64,000 bases of DNA from an uncultured Bacilli bacterium. GTDB lineage: Bacteria > Bacillota_I > Bacilli_A > RF39 > UBA660. The stretch spans positions 27,069 to 91,068 of the forward strand of contig CAKOLD010000001.1 in assembly GCA_934096015.1 (NCBI GenBank), given 5' to 3'. A program made the position numbers and the translations under genes. Positions 38,592 to 49,747 of this stretch are shown here, in pieces. Below the pieces are notes generated by a model that saw only the letters and a program-made list of their open reading frames with translations, had not been told where the DNA came from and did no database searches. Positions within the stretch are counted from its first letter, which is position 1. Every line of letters starts with the position of its first letter.

Positions 38592-38604
38592 AAAAAAAGA
38601 AGAA

Positions 38605-41055
38605 TTACTCTTCTTCTTGATCGCTATTATCAGTAGTTTCTTCGTAATGCGATACAACACTTATTGCTGATACACTTTGTGAATCTTTTAAATTTATTAA
38701 TTTAACACCTTGAGTTACTCTGCCAAGTTGAGATATTTGATCAATTGGCAAACGAATAACTATTCCTGAATCAGTAATAATCATTAAATCCTGATCATCA
38801 TCTACAATCTTGAATGCAATTAAATTACCATTCTTTTCAGTAATACTTAAAGCCTTAACACCTTTACTTCCGCGTTTAGTCTTTCTATATTCTGATAATA
38901 CTGTTTTTTTACCATATCCATTTTTTGTAACAATTAAAATGTTATTAGAATCATCTGCTACATCTAATCCTATACATAAAGATGAATCTAAATTAATTCC
39001 TTTAACTCCAGAAGCTGTTCTTCCCATAACACGAATTTCATCTTCGTTAAATATTACCATTCTTCCTTCACTAGAAGCTAAAATAATGTTATTATCACCA
39101 GTCGTTTTTCTAACACCAATTAATTCATCATTATCTTTCAACGAAATTGCTATTTTTCCTGAAGTTCTTATATTATCAAAATCTTCTATTCTTGTTTTCT
39201 TTACCAAACCTCGCTTCGTTGCAAATAGTAAATATTTATAAGAATCATCATTATTTGTTAATTTTACCATAGAATTGATAGTCTCATCTTTTTCTATTTG
39301 TAATAAATTGATTATAGGTAATCCTTTTGATTGTCTAGAATATTCAGGGACTTCATATCCTTTCAATCTATATACTTTACCCTTATTAGTAAAGAACAAT
39401 AAGTAATCATGTGTTGATAAGTTTATCATTTGTTCAGCAAAATCTTCATCATTGGTTGACATTCCCTTTACACCGACTCCACCTCTATTTTGCGATTTAA
39501 ATGTATCAACAGTTGTTCTTTTTATATATCCTTTATTTGTTAGAACAATCATAACGCTTTCTTCAGGAATCAAAGATTCATCTTCAATATAATCAATTGC
39601 TGTCATATCAATCTCTGTTTTTCTATCATCTCCAAATTTGTCTTTAATTTCTAACATTTCTTGTTTAATTATTGCTAAAACCTTATTATCATCACTTAAA
39701 ATACCTCTTAAACGATCAATTTCTTTTAATAAAGCTTCTAATTCTTCCTCAATTTTAGCTCTTTCCAAACCAGTTAAACGCCTTAGTTTTAACTCTAATA
39801 TTGCATTACATTGAATATCATCTAGATTGAAACGTTCCATTAATTTAGTTTTAGCATCAACATCTGCTTCAGCTTCCCTAATAATACTAATAACCTCATC
39901 TAAGTTATCTAATGCGATTTTATATCCATTCAAAACGTGGACTCTATTTTCAGCTTTATTAAGTTCAAACTTTGTCCTTCTGATAATTACGCTTTTTTGA
40001 TAATCAATATATTTAGCAATGATATCTTTTAATCCTAAAGTCTTTGGTTGCCCATCATCAAGCATTAATAAATTAATACCATAACTTGTTTGTAACTGAG
40101 TATGTTTATATAAATTATTTAAAACAACATTGGCATTAGCTTCTCTTTTTAAAGTAATTACTACTTTAACACCATTTTTTTGATTAGACTCATCATGTAA
40201 ATCAGCAATACCATCTATTTGTTTTTCACGTACTAACTCACCAATACGTTCAATAAACATTTTTTTATTAACTTGATAAGGAATTTCTCTTACAATTAAT
40301 CTATTTTTCCCATTATGTTCTTCAACATCAACCTTTCCTCTAATTGTAATTGAACCTTTACCAGTTTCATATGCTTTCTTAATTCCTGAATTTCCTAAAA
40401 TTTTTGCACCTGTAGGAAAATCTGGACCTTTAATATATTGCATTAATCCTAATGTATCAATTTCCGGATTATCAATATACGCAACACAACCATCAATAAC
40501 CTCTTCTAGATTATGAGGAGGAATATTTGTAGCCATACCCACAGCGATTCCCATAGTTCCGTTTACTAAAATATTAGGAAATTTACAAGGCAAAACAACA
40601 GGTTCTTCTCTAACATTATCAAAATTAGGTCTAAAATCAACAGTATCTTTATTAATATCTCTTAAAAGTTCTAAAGAAATTTTAGATAATCTTGCTTCTG
40701 TATAACGATATGCCGCTGCTGAGTCACCATCTATTGAACCAAAATTACCATGTCCATCTATCAAAACATATCTATAACTAAAATCCTGCGCCATTCTAAC
40801 CATAGCATCATAAACCGAAGAATCTCCATGTGGATGATATTTACCTAAAACGGCTCCGACAGTAGTTGCACTTTTTCTGAAAGGTTTATCAGGTGTTAAA
40901 CCATCCTCATACATGGTATAAAGTATTCTTCTATGAACTGGTTTTAAGCCATCTCGTAAATCAGGTAATGCTCTAGCTACAATTACACTCATCGAATAAT
41001 ACAAAAAAGAATTTTCTATTTCATCTACAATATTTTTCTGTCTTAATTTATCCAT
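38605..41055 (-). CDS. gyrA: DNA gyrase subunit A
   Basis: [26 protein letters not shown] ... YHPHGD. 816 aa. Confidence 0.97.
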   Translation of the reverse strand: MDKLRQKNIVDEIENSFLYYSMSVIVARALPDLRDGLKPVHRRILYTMYEDGLTPDKPFRKSATTVGAVLGKYHPHGDSSVYDAMVRMAQDFSYRYVLIDGHGNFGSIDGDSAAAYRYTEARLSKISLELLRDINKDTVDFRPNFDNVREEPVVLPCKFPNILVNGTMGIAVGMATNIPPHNLEEVIDGCVAYIDNPEIDTLGLMQYIKGPDFPTGAKILGNSGIKKAYETGKGSITIRGKVDVEEHNGKNRLIVREIPYQVNKKMFIERIGELVREKQIDGIADLHDESNQKNGVKVVITLKREANANVVLNNLYKHTQLQTSYGINLLMLDDGQPKTLGLKDIIAKYIDYQKSVIIRRTKFELNKAENRVHVLNGYKIALDNLDEVISIIREAEADVDAKTKLMERFNLDDIQCNAILELKLRRLTGLERAKIEEELEALLKEIDRLRGILSDDNKVLAIIKQEMLEIKDKFGDDRKTEIDMTAIDYIEDESLIPEESVMIVLTNKGYIKRTTVDTFKSQNRGGVGVKGMSTNDEDFAEQMINLSTHDYLLFFTNKGKVYRLKGYEVPEYSRQSKGLPIINLLQIEKDETINSMVKLTNNDDSYKYLLFATKRGLVKKTRIEDFDNIRTSGKIAISLKDNDELIGVRKTTGDNNIILASSEGRMVIFNEDEIRVMGRTASGVKGINLDSSLCIGLDVADDSNNILIVTKNGYGKKTVLSEYRKTKRGSKGVKALSITEKNGNLIAFKIVDDDQDLMIITDSGIVIRLPIDQISQLGRVTQGVKLINLKDSQSVSAISVVSHYEETTDNSDQEEE

Positions 41056-41064
41056 AAAACCCTC

Positions 41065-42975
41065 CTATATATCCAAATCATCTGCATAAACTGCATTTTC
41101 TTCAATAAATTTCTTTCTTGGTTCTACATCTTCACCCATTAATATTTCAAAAGCTTTATCCGCTGCTATAGCATCCTCAATGGTTATTTGAACTAAAGTT
41201 CTATGCTCAATATTCATCGTAGTGTCACATAACTCTTCTGGGTTCATTTCTCCTAACCCTTTGTTTCTACTTACTTCTACCTTTGTAGTTTCTGGTAAAG
41301 AAGCTAAATATTCGTCTCGTTCTTCATCTGTTAAAACATATTTAGTAGTCTTTCCATGTTTAATATTATACAAAGGAGGTTGTGCAGCATATACATAACC
41401 ACCTTCAACAATAGGTTTAAAAAATCTATAAAATAATGTTAAAAGTAAAGTTCTAATATGTCCACCATCGACATCGGCATCGGTCATGATTATAATTTTA
41501 TGATATCTTAATTTAGTAATATCAAACTCATCACCTATACCAGTTCCAAAAGCAGTAATCATACTCCTAATTTCTGCATTTGCCAAAGCTCTATCTAAAC
41601 GAGCCTTTTCAACATTTAATATTTTTCCTCTTAAAGGCAGAATAGCTTGAGTTTTAGGATCTCTACCACCTTTTGCAGATCCACCAGCTGAATCACCCTC
41701 GACTATAAAAAGTTCAGATATACTTGCATCTTTACTAGAACAGTCAGTTAATTTTCCCCAAGTATTTGGTAAATCTAATCCACCTTTTCTACGAGTTAAT
41801 TCACGAATTTTTTTTGCAGCTACCCTTGCTCTAGATGCTGTCATACATTTTTCAATAATAACCCTTGCTGCATCAGGATTTTCCATTAAATATCTCTCAA
41901 ATCCTTTAGAAAAAACATCTGAAGCTATCTTTTTTACTTCACTATTACCTAATTTTGTTTTAGTTTGACCTTCAAATTGAGGATTAGGATGCTTACAAGA
42001 AATTATCATCGTTAAACCTTCTCTTGTATCTTCTCCTGTTAAATTATCATCATTATCTTTTAAAAATTTATTTGTTCTTGCATAATTATTAATAATTCTA
42101 GTTAATGCCTGTTTTACACCATCTTCGTGCGTTCCACCTTCTGTAGTATGAATATTATTTGTAAAAGAATAAATGTTGGGATTATAAGAATCATTATATT
42201 GCATTGCAACTTCTATTAAAATATCATTTTCAGTTCCTTCAACAAATACTATGTCATCATGAAGTGGTTTCTTATCTTTATTAAGCATTTGAACATATTC
42301 AATAATACCACCATTATAATGGAAAATATCCTTCTTTTCATCATCTCTCAAATCAATAAGAGTAATCCTTATTCCTTTATTCAAAAAAGCCATTTCTTGC
42401 AATCTTTTTGCTAAAATTGAATAACTATATATAGTTGTTTCAAAAATTTCAGGATCAGCTTTAAAACTAACAGTAGTTCCTGTTCTATCAGGATCACATT
42501 CACCAATAACCTTCAAACTTTCAACAGGTTTTCCACCATTTTCAAACCTTTGAAAAAATACTTTTCCTTCCCTATATACCTTTACTTCCAACCAATCACT
42601 AAGTGCGTTAACAACGCTGGCTCCAACTCCGTGTAATCCACCACTAACTTTGTAGCCTCCGCCACCAAATTTTCCTCCAGCATGTAAAACAGTAAAAATT
42701 GTTTCAATTGTTGAAAGGCCAGTTTTCTGATTCATACCTGTTGGCATTCCTCTACCGTCATCTTTTACTGTAATAACGTTATTTTTACCAATTTCAACTT
42801 CAATATCATCACAATAACCAGCTAAAGCTTCATCAACTGCATTATCAACAATTTCCCAAACCAAATGATGTAATCCCATTTCATTTGTATTTCCTATGTA
42901 CATACCAGGTCTTTTTCTTACTGCTTCTAAGCCCTCCAAAACCTGTATGGCATTATCAGAATAATTATCTTTCAT
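41065..42975 (-). CDS. gyrB: DNA gyrase subunit B
   Basis: [16 protein letters not shown]...[16 protein letters not shown] is the GHKL ATPase signature. Toprim region [10 protein letters not shown]. Confidence 0.97.
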   Translation of the reverse strand: MKDNYSDNAIQVLEGLEAVRKRPGMYIGNTNEMGLHHLVWEIVDNAVDEALAGYCDDIEVEIGKNNVITVKDDGRGMPTGMNQKTGLSTIETIFTVLHAGGKFGGGGYKVSGGLHGVGASVVNALSDWLEVKVYREGKVFFQRFENGGKPVESLKVIGECDPDRTGTTVSFKADPEIFETTIYSYSILAKRLQEMAFLNKGIRITLIDLRDDEKKDIFHYNGGIIEYVQMLNKDKKPLHDDIVFVEGTENDILIEVAMQYNDSYNPNIYSFTNNIHTTEGGTHEDGVKQALTRIINNYARTNKFLKDNDDNLTGEDTREGLTMIISCKHPNPQFEGQTKTKLGNSEVKKIASDVFSKGFERYLMENPDAARVIIEKCMTASRARVAAKKIRELTRRKGGLDLPNTWGKLTDCSSKDASISELFIVEGDSAGGSAKGGRDPKTQAILPLRGKILNVEKARLDRALANAEIRSMITAFGTGIGDEFDITKLRYHKIIIMTDADVDGGHIRTLLLTLFYRFFKPIVEGGYVYAAQPPLYNIKHGKTTKYVLTDEERDEYLASLPETTKVEVSRNKGLGEMNPEELCDTTMNIEHRTLVQITIEDAIAADKAFEILMGEDVEPRKKFIEENAVYADDLDI

Positions 42976-44060
42976 ATTTTTTCCTCCACTATACCATTAT
43001 CAACAATAAATACTTTACTATCTCTAACTATTTTTCTTTTAACTTTACTTAATTCTGTAGTCGTTATAAACGTCTGAACATCATCACTTATATAACTTAA
43101 AATATTATTTATTTTTTCTCTATCTAATTCACTAAATAAATCATCCAAAATAAGTATAGGATAATTACCTCTTATATTTTTAAACATTTCTAATTCCGCC
43201 AATTTAAAAGCAATTATAGCATTTTTTTGTTCTCCTTCACTACCATAATCTTTTAAATTAGTATCATCTTTAAAAAATATAAAATCATCATGGTGAACTC
43301 CAAAATGAGTTTTACCAAAATTAATATCTTTTTCTTCATATTTGATATATTTTTCCTTTATTTGTTCCCTACTCAGATCATAATCACTTACATATTTTAC
43401 AAATAACGAATCAGATTTACTTATTTTAAAATATATATCTTTTATTAAACAATTAATATCATTTATAAATTTCTTTCTAAATTCAAATATTTTGATTCCA
43501 TAATCTATAATATTATTAGTTAAAACTTCTAAATATTGTTTTGAAGCATAACCATTATACATTAATGTTTTCAAATAAGAATTACGTTGCTTTACTAACT
43601 TATTATAATTGTTTAACAAGCACAAATATTCATTGTCAAGTTGAGATAATTCCATATTTATTAGTTTTCTTCTAGTACTAGGAGTATCTTTTATTAACTT
43701 TAAATCATCAATACTAAAAAGTATTACATTAATTTTAGAAACATATTCAGATAGTTTTTTTACTCTATTATTATTAATATTTACTCTTTTATCGTCATTT
43801 GATATCACAATTTTATAATTATCAATAAATGTTGATTTTATATCAGCATCAACTTTCAAAAAATCGCAATCTTTTTTAATTAATATACCATCTGTTTGGC
43901 CTCTAAAAGATTTAGTAAAAGCTAAAACAAATAAAGCTTCCACTATATTTGTTTTACCCATCCCATTTTTTCCTATAATTATGTTTTTTTTAGGTGAAAA
44001 ATCTAAGTTCAATTTGTCATAATTTCTAAAATTTACTAAATTCAAATTATTAACTTGCAT
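42972..44060 (-). CDS. recF: DNA replication and repair protein RecF
   Basis: [18 protein letters not shown] is Walker A. Signature region DDLFSELD. Canonical gyrB-recF position. Confidence 0.9.
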   Translation of the reverse strand: MQVNNLNLVNFRNYDKLNLDFSPKKNIIIGKNGMGKTNIVEALFVLAFTKSFRGQTDGILIKKDCDFLKVDADIKSTFIDNYKIVISNDDKRVNINNNRVKKLSEYVSKINVILFSIDDLKLIKDTPSTRRKLINMELSQLDNEYLCLLNNYNKLVKQRNSYLKTLMYNGYASKQYLEVLTNNIIDYGIKIFEFRKKFINDINCLIKDIYFKISKSDSLFVKYVSDYDLSREQIKEKYIKYEEKDINFGKTHFGVHHDDFIFFKDDTNLKDYGSEGEQKNAIIAFKLAELEMFKNIRGNYPILILDDLFSELDREKINNILSYISDDVQTFITTTELSKVKRKIVRDSKVFIVDNGIVEEKI

Positions 44061-44163
44061 CTAAAACCATATTTTCACCCCAAAATTAAATTTTTAGTAT
44101 TTTTACATACTCCTATACCCGCTATAATTATAGCACAAATTAGACTAACAAAAAAGAGAAAAC

Positions 44164-44625
44164 TCATTTTTCTCCTCTTCTTTTTCTTAAAACATATTCC
44201 AATCTATTAGCTTTTAATATTTGATTATTTAAAACATTGTAACTTAAAGAAAATTCCAAACTTTCTTCATTTAAAAACTGTACAATACTTTTATTTTGGT
44301 CTTTATCAAAATAATATTTATCTATATTATTCAAACTTATCCAAGCACACTGTTTTAAACGAGGAGAAGTTGTTGGAAAAAAGACAATAGGATTATTTTC
44401 CTCTACTATTATGGGAGCTTTATAACTAATTCCAATTAAAGAATCTGTTCCTTTTATTCTTCCATTCATAGAACTTCCATAATATTTACAATTAAAATCC
44501 ATTATCTTATTTGGTTTACTATCAACCAAAAAGCAATCATCCTCTTCATATACTAAAGACTTTTTTTCTCCACATGGAATTATAGCCAATGTTTTTTTTG
44601 AAATAGAATAATTTTTCATATTCAC
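44164..44625 (-). CDS. comK: ComK-family protein (competence transcription factor homolog)
   Basis: LAIIPCGEKKSLVYEEDDCFLVDSKPNKIMDFNCKYYGSSMNGRIKGTDSLIGISYKAPIIVEENNPIVFFPTTSPRLKQCAWISLNNI aligns along its length with B. subtilis ComK (AVLPEEIDGK..CSKIIEKDCVFYV...SCRFFGSSYAGRKAGTYEVTKISHKPPIMVDPSNQIFLFPTLSSTRPQCGWISHVHV). Confidence 0.7.
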   Translation of the reverse strand: MNMKNYSISKKTLAIIPCGEKKSLVYEEDDCFLVDSKPNKIMDFNCKYYGSSMNGRIKGTDSLIGISYKAPIIVEENNPIVFFPTTSPRLKQCAWISLNNIDKYYFDKDQNKSIVQFLNEESLEFSLSYNVLNNQILKANRLEYVLRKRRGEK

Positions 44626-44716
44626 CCCCTAACCCATAATTCTTATAACACTATAGAGATGTCCATAAATGTCATAATTTGTCATAAAAAAAGAAAAATA
44701 CATTTTTTGCATTTTT

Positions 44717-45835
44717 CTAATAAGTTTTAATAGGCAGAATTAATTGAATTAGAGTTTCATCACTTAATGATTTTAATATAATTGGACTACTATCATTATT
44801 TAAAAGAATCAAAAGTTCTTCTTCATTAAAAGTTCTTAAAGCTTCCATCATATATTTAGCACTAAAAGAAATAGCCATCTCATTTTCTGTATTTTTTGTA
44901 GCTTTAACTTGATCTTCTACTTTACCAATTTCAGACGAATAAGAACTAATGAAAAGCATATCTTTTTTTGTTTCCATTCTAACTATATTTTTATCTTTAC
45001 TTTGTGTTAATAACGCTGCTCTATCAATTGAAGAATAATAATCATTTAAATTAGTATTTATAATCATATCAAATTCATTTGGAATTAAATTATTAACATT
45101 TGGATAAGTTCCACTTAAAAGATTTGTTTGAAAAATCAAATTTTTATACTTAAATAAAACTTTATTACTAAATAAATGAACTTCTAAACTATCTTCTTCT
45201 GTTAAAATTTTATCTAATTCAGTAATATTTTTTCCTGGAATTACAATATCAACAGTTTCTGGATAATCATTTTCAAGAACAATTGTTTTTTTTGCTAAAC
45301 GATATGAGTCTGTTGCTACACATTCCATAACATTTCCATTAATCTTTATATTAATTCCTGTTAAAAGAGGTCTAGATTCTTGCATAGATACAGCAAAAAT
45401 AGTTTGCTTAATCATTTTTTTAATAACTTCACTATCAATTACAATTGGAGTTTTAGCATCTTCTAAAATAATTTGTGGATAATCCTCACTATTTAAACAA
45501 TTTAAATTATATTGACTTGTTTCTGTATAAATTCTAATTTTTAATCCATCTATAACTTCAATATTAATAGCATCACTAGGCATTTTCCTAATAATATCAA
45601 TAATGTATTTACTTTGAATAATTATAGTACCTGTTTGCTCTATATTTATTATATCTTCCTTTTTTATAAAAGTTTTTATAGTTAAATCACTATCACTAGC
45701 TAGTAAGTATAAACCTTCATCTGTTAATTGAAACATTATTCCATTCAAAATAGGTATAATATTTTTTGGACTAATTGCTTTTACTACGTTACTTAAATTT
45801 TCTAATAAAATATTTTTATCAATTGTTAATTTCAT
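44717..45835 (-). CDS. dnaN: DNA polymerase III beta sliding clamp
   Basis: 372 aa in the dnaA-dnaN operon position. The three-domain clamp pattern begins MKLTIDKNILLENLSNVVKAI. Confidence 0.9.
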   Translation of the reverse strand: MKLTIDKNILLENLSNVVKAISPKNIIPILNGIMFQLTDEGLYLLASDSDLTIKTFIKKEDIINIEQTGTIIIQSKYIIDIIRKMPSDAINIEVIDGLKIRIYTETSQYNLNCLNSEDYPQIILEDAKTPIVIDSEVIKKMIKQTIFAVSMQESRPLLTGINIKINGNVMECVATDSYRLAKKTIVLENDYPETVDIVIPGKNITELDKILTEEDSLEVHLFSNKVLFKYKNLIFQTNLLSGTYPNVNNLIPNEFDMIINTNLNDYYSSIDRAALLTQSKDKNIVRMETKKDMLFISSYSSEIGKVEDQVKATKNTENEMAISFSAKYMMEALRTFNEEELLILLNNDSSPIILKSLSDETLIQLILPIKTY

Positions 45836-45957
45836 TTTTATTCCTTCTTTCTTATATAAGTATTATCTTTATTATTAGCGTGTAAAATGTTGAAAAATGT
45901 ATTAATTACCTAAAACAAAAGTAAAAGTGTTTGTTAATAAATATTTAATTATCCACA

Positions 45958-47316
45958 TTATCCAATTTTTTCTTTAATTTGTTTAATCTGTTCATTCAAT
46001 TCTTCATTAGTTTTTAATTCTTCTGTTACCTTTTCTATAGCATGTAGAACGGTTGAATGATCTCTATTTCCAAACTCTAATCCGATCCTAGAAACTGTTT
46101 CTTCAGTAGTCATTCTGCAAATATACATTGCGATTTGTCTAGCATTATTAATATCCGCAGTTCTTTTTTTACTTTTTAAATTATCAACAGTTAAATTAAA
46201 ATATTCTGCAACTCCCTTTTGTATCTTAATTATATTATTAGTTCCATAATAGGATTTTCCTAAATAATCTTTTAAAGCTTCAGTTGCAAATTCTAAATTT
46301 ATGCATTGTGGAGACATTATTGCCGCATAAGCATATAATCTTGTTATTGCACCTTCTAAGTGTCTAACATCACTTTCACAATTATTCGCAATATATTCAA
46401 TAACTTCATTTTGAACTAATTTTGCTACTTCGTGCCCTGCCATCTTATCCCGTAATATTTTACATCTTAATTCAAAATCTGGTGGAAATATATTGACCGT
46501 TAAGCCCCATCTAAATCTCGTTCGTAGTCTATCTTCAAGCAATTTTAAATCATCAGGAGATCTATCACTACTAATAATAATTTGTTTATTAGAGTCATAT
46601 AAAGTATTAAATGTGTGAAAAAATTCTTGCTGTGTTTTTTCAGCTCCACCTAAAAATTGAATATCATCAATTATTAAAACATCTATATTTCTGTATTTTT
46701 CTTTAAAATGATCAACAATATCATAATTATCAGTATTTTTTTTGTTAATTCCAATAAAATCAGAAATAAATTCTTCACTTGTAACATATAAAACATTTAA
46801 ATCTGAATGGTCAACAATATAATTTCCTACAGCGTGCATTAAATGAGTTTTCCCCAGCCCACTCTTTCCGTGGATAAAAAGAGGATTGTATATTTTTCCA
46901 GGCTGTTCAGCAACCGCAACAGCTGCTGTTTGTGCAAATCTATTAGAATCCCCTATTACAAAATTTTCAAATTTATATTTAGGATTTAAGTTAGAATTAA
47001 AATTTCTTTCTTTATTTGAAATATCATCTAAAGATCTTGTTACTTGCTTTTTTTCATCTATTTCCTCATGAATTAAAAACTCCAAATCATAAGTATTTCC
47101 AGTCAAACTAGTAATAATCTCTTCAATTAAGTCATAATATGTAGTAGACAAAAATGTTTTATGAAATGACATTGGAACTTCGATAACTAATTTATCATCT
47201 TCCATAGAATACAATTTAGTATCTTTAAACCAAGTATCATAAGAAACACTCATCAATTTGTTCTTTATAACCTTTAAAAAATTATTCCAAAGTGTATCTT
47301 TGTCCAAAAAAACCAC
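45958..47316 (-). CDS. dnaA: chromosomal replication initiator protein DnaA
   Basis: NPLFIHGKSGLGKTHLMHAVGN is the AAA+ Walker A. The C-terminal DnaA-box binding domain includes VDNLKSKKRTADINNARQIAMYICR. Confidence 0.97.
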   Translation of the reverse strand: MVFLDKDTLWNNFLKVIKNKLMSVSYDTWFKDTKLYSMEDDKLVIEVPMSFHKTFLSTTYYDLIEEIITSLTGNTYDLEFLIHEEIDEKKQVTRSLDDISNKERNFNSNLNPKYKFENFVIGDSNRFAQTAAVAVAEQPGKIYNPLFIHGKSGLGKTHLMHAVGNYIVDHSDLNVLYVTSEEFISDFIGINKKNTDNYDIVDHFKEKYRNIDVLIIDDIQFLGGAEKTQQEFFHTFNTLYDSNKQIIISSDRSPDDLKLLEDRLRTRFRWGLTVNIFPPDFELRCKILRDKMAGHEVAKLVQNEVIEYIANNCESDVRHLEGAITRLYAYAAIMSPQCINLEFATEALKDYLGKSYYGTNNIIKIQKGVAEYFNLTVDNLKSKKRTADINNARQIAMYICRMTTEETVSRIGLEFGNRDHSTVLHAIEKVTEELKTNEELNEQIKQIKEKIG

Positions 47317-47616
47317 CCCGCATTCATGACACCTTTTTCTACAGATAATTTTAAACTACTTTTTCACAAAATAAAAGACAAAATTTTTAAAATTTGCAAA
47401 ATCCACAAAATATCAACATAATTTTCAACACACAACATCACTAAATAAGCTAAAAAACAAACTTTTCAACATTTTCCACAAATTGAAATTCACATCAATA
47501 TTAAAATTTCCACAATTAACGTTTAAAAATAAATTAAAATAAAAATCAAAATAAAATTGACATCTAAAGAGTAATGTTGTAGAATAAAGTAGCTAAAAAG
47601 AGGTGGAGGTGTCAAA
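47317..47616 (+). promoter_or_regulatory. dnaA-rpmH intergenic region: oriC-type cluster of co-oriented DnaA-box-like 9-mers (TTNTCCACA variants) plus dnaA/rpmH promoters
   Basis: AAATCCACA at 47399-47407, TTTTCCACA at 47472-47480, ATTTCCACA at 47506-47514 and TTTTTCACA at about 47360. The background is very AT-rich. A perfect TTATCCACA also sits at 45949-45957 in the dnaA-dnaN spacer. Confidence 0.5.
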
Positions 47617-47739
47617 ATGAAAAGAACTTATCAACCAAATAATCGTAAAAAGAGTAAAAAACATGGTTTTTTTGCTAGAAAAGTAACGAATATTTTAAAA
47701 AATAGAAGAAAAAAAGGACGTAAACGTTTATGCAAATAA
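47617..47739 (+). CDS. rpmH: 50S ribosomal protein L34
   Basis: [54 protein letters not shown]. Below the ORF-track length cut-off. Confidence 0.9.
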   Translation: MKRTYQPNNRKKSKKHGFFARKVTNILKNRRKKGRKRLCK

Positions 47740-47740
47740 T

Positions 47741-47762
47741 ACCACATTTATGTGGTTTTTTC
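47741..47762 (+). terminator. hairpin ACCACA-ttta-TGTGGT plus TTTTTT between rpmH and rnpA (attenuator/terminator)
   Basis: Perfect 6-bp stem immediately followed by a T6 run. The rnpA RBS GGAGG follows at 47768. Confidence 0.5.
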
Positions 47763-47779
47763 TTCATTTGGAGGCAAAA

Positions 47780-48097
47780 ATGAAAAAAGAAGAAAGAGTG
47801 AAGGATAATATTTTATTTAATGACATTATCAAAAAAGGCCTAAAATTACAAAATAAATATTTTATTATATATTATAAGGATAATAATTTAGAGAAAAGTC
47901 GTTTTGGTATTGCAGCTGGAAAAAAATTAGGAAATGCAGTTACAAGAAACAAACAAAAAAGAAGAATTAGGATGTTATTAGGTGAAAATAAAAAATTATT
48001 TGAAAAAAATAGAGATTATATTATAATAATAAAAGAAGCATGTCTTAAAGCCAAATTTGATATTCTTCAACAAGAAATAAAAAATATAATGAAATAG
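47780..48097 (+). CDS. rnpA: ribonuclease P protein component
   Basis: MKKEERVKDNILFNDIIKKG...RFGIAAGKKLGNAVTRNKQKRRIR is the RnpA RNR motif region. Start is taken at the ATG at 47780 after GGAGG. Confidence 0.85.
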   Translation: MKKEERVKDNILFNDIIKKGLKLQNKYFIIYYKDNNLEKSRFGIAAGKKLGNAVTRNKQKRRIRMLLGENKKLFEKNRDYIIIIKEACLKAKFDILQQEIKNIMK

Positions 48098-48104
48098 GTG
48101 GAAA

Positions 48105-49055
48105 ATGAACAAAAAAAATTTAAAAAAAATAGTAATACTTATTGCAGCAGTGCTTTTATTAACAACAGGTTGTACACAATATGTTACCGATAACAAAAAT
48201 AAAAGAATCACAAACGAGGAAACAGGTCAAAGTTTAACAAGTAATTTGTTATGTAAGCCAACTGGCAGTTTGTACAATATCTATGAAAAATATGAAAAGT
48301 ATATGACCGTAAAACTAAAAGACTTACCAGAATGTAAAAATATTAAACCATTTAATACAAAAAATTATAGTGGTTTATGGGAAAGTATTTTTGTTTCTCC
48401 AATAGCTTGGTCAATAGTAAATCTTGGAAAATTAGTTAAAAATTATGGTATTTCCGTAATGCTAATAGGAATATTTATCAGATTATTATTGATGCCTTTA
48501 AGCATTAAGCCATTAAAACAGTCAGAAAACTTAAAGAAAGCTCAGCCAGAAATAGAAAAAATAGAGAAAAAATATAAAGACAAAACTGATTCTGATTCAA
48601 TGATGAAAAAGAGCCAAGAAACTATGTTAGTATACAAAAAATACAACATTAATCCACTAGGAAGTTGTTTATTATCATTTATTCAATTTCCATTATTCTT
48701 TGCTTTTCTAGAAGCTATCAATAGAGTACCAGCAATATTCGAGGGAAATTTATGGTCACTTCAATTAGGTACTACACCAATGATTGGAATTAAATCAGGA
48801 AATTATGTATATTTAATACTTATCCTTATTATTATATTAACCACGTACTTCTCATTTAAATTAAGTATGAATAATGGCATTAACTCAGAACAACAAAAAC
48901 AAATGCAATTTATGACAACATTTATGTTAATCTTTATCTCAATTGCATCATTTAGCTTGCCAACCGCAATTGCACTTTATTGGTGCGCAACAAACGGATT
49001 AAACGTTTTACAAACTGTGATATTTAAAAAAATGAAAGATAGAAAAGGAAATTAG
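48105..49055 (+). CDS. yidC: membrane protein insertase YidC/Oxa1 family (lipoprotein form)
   Basis: Lipobox LLLTTGC. Five-TM core. Canonical rnpA-yidC-jag order. Confidence 0.85.
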   Translation: MNKKNLKKIVILIAAVLLLTTGCTQYVTDNKNKRITNEETGQSLTSNLLCKPTGSLYNIYEKYEKYMTVKLKDLPECKNIKPFNTKNYSGLWESIFVSPIAWSIVNLGKLVKNYGISVMLIGIFIRLLLMPLSIKPLKQSENLKKAQPEIEKIEKKYKDKTDSDSMMKKSQETMLVYKKYNINPLGSCLLSFIQFPLFFAFLEAINRVPAIFEGNLWSLQLGTTPMIGIKSGNYVYLILILIIILTTYFSFKLSMNNGINSEQQKQMQFMTTFMLIFISIASFSLPTAIALYWCATNGLNVLQTVIFKKMKDRKGN

Positions 49056-49059
49056 TAAT

Positions 49060-49671
49060 ATGGAAGTAAAAGTATATGAAGGAAAAACAAAAGAAGAGAT
49101 TATTGAAAATATAAATAATGAATTAAATTTAGAAGAAAAAGATTATGTTTATACTGTAGAAACGACTAAAGGGTCTCTATTGAAAAAAAGTATGACTAAA
49201 ATGAATGTCTATTTGTTAACAGATCTTGCAGAATATTCAAAAAGTATTTTAGATGATATTCTCCAAAAAATGGGAATTGAAACAAAATATGAAACAAAGA
49301 TAAGAGATAATCAAATAGAAATAAAAATGTTTTCTGATAATAATTCACTTTTAATTGGAAGTGAAGGAAGAACATTAAAATCATTGAATTTGATTTTACG
49401 TCAAGCCATTGCCAATGAAATAAATGTTTATCCAAACATATACTTAGACGTTGAAAATTATAAAGAAAAACAACAAAAAAGATTAGAAAGACTAGCTAAT
49501 AACTTAGCTAAAGATGTAATAAGAACTAAAATAGAAATTAAGATGGATAATATGAACGCTTTTGAAAGAAGGATTGTTCATAATGCACTATCAACAAATA
49601 GTAAAGTAACCACTGTTAGTGAGGGTGTAGAACCCAATAGACATGTAATAATAAAATTAAAAGAAGACTAG
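49060..49671 (+). CDS. khpB: Jag/KhpB RNA-binding protein (KH + R3H domains)
   Basis: C-terminal R3H motif ...MNAFERRIVHNALS.... Position after yidC. Confidence 0.8.
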   Translation: MEVKVYEGKTKEEIIENINNELNLEEKDYVYTVETTKGSLLKKSMTKMNVYLLTDLAEYSKSILDDILQKMGIETKYETKIRDNQIEIKMFSDNNSLLIGSEGRTLKSLNLILRQAIANEINVYPNIYLDVENYKEKQQKRLERLANNLAKDVIRTKIEIKMDNMNAFERRIVHNALSTNSKVTTVSEGVEPNRHVIIKLKED

Positions 49672-49747
49672 TTCTTCTTTTTTACATGTCAAATTATTTC
49701 CCGGGAAATAATTATGTGCTATAATACATTAACGAAAGGAAAAAAAT

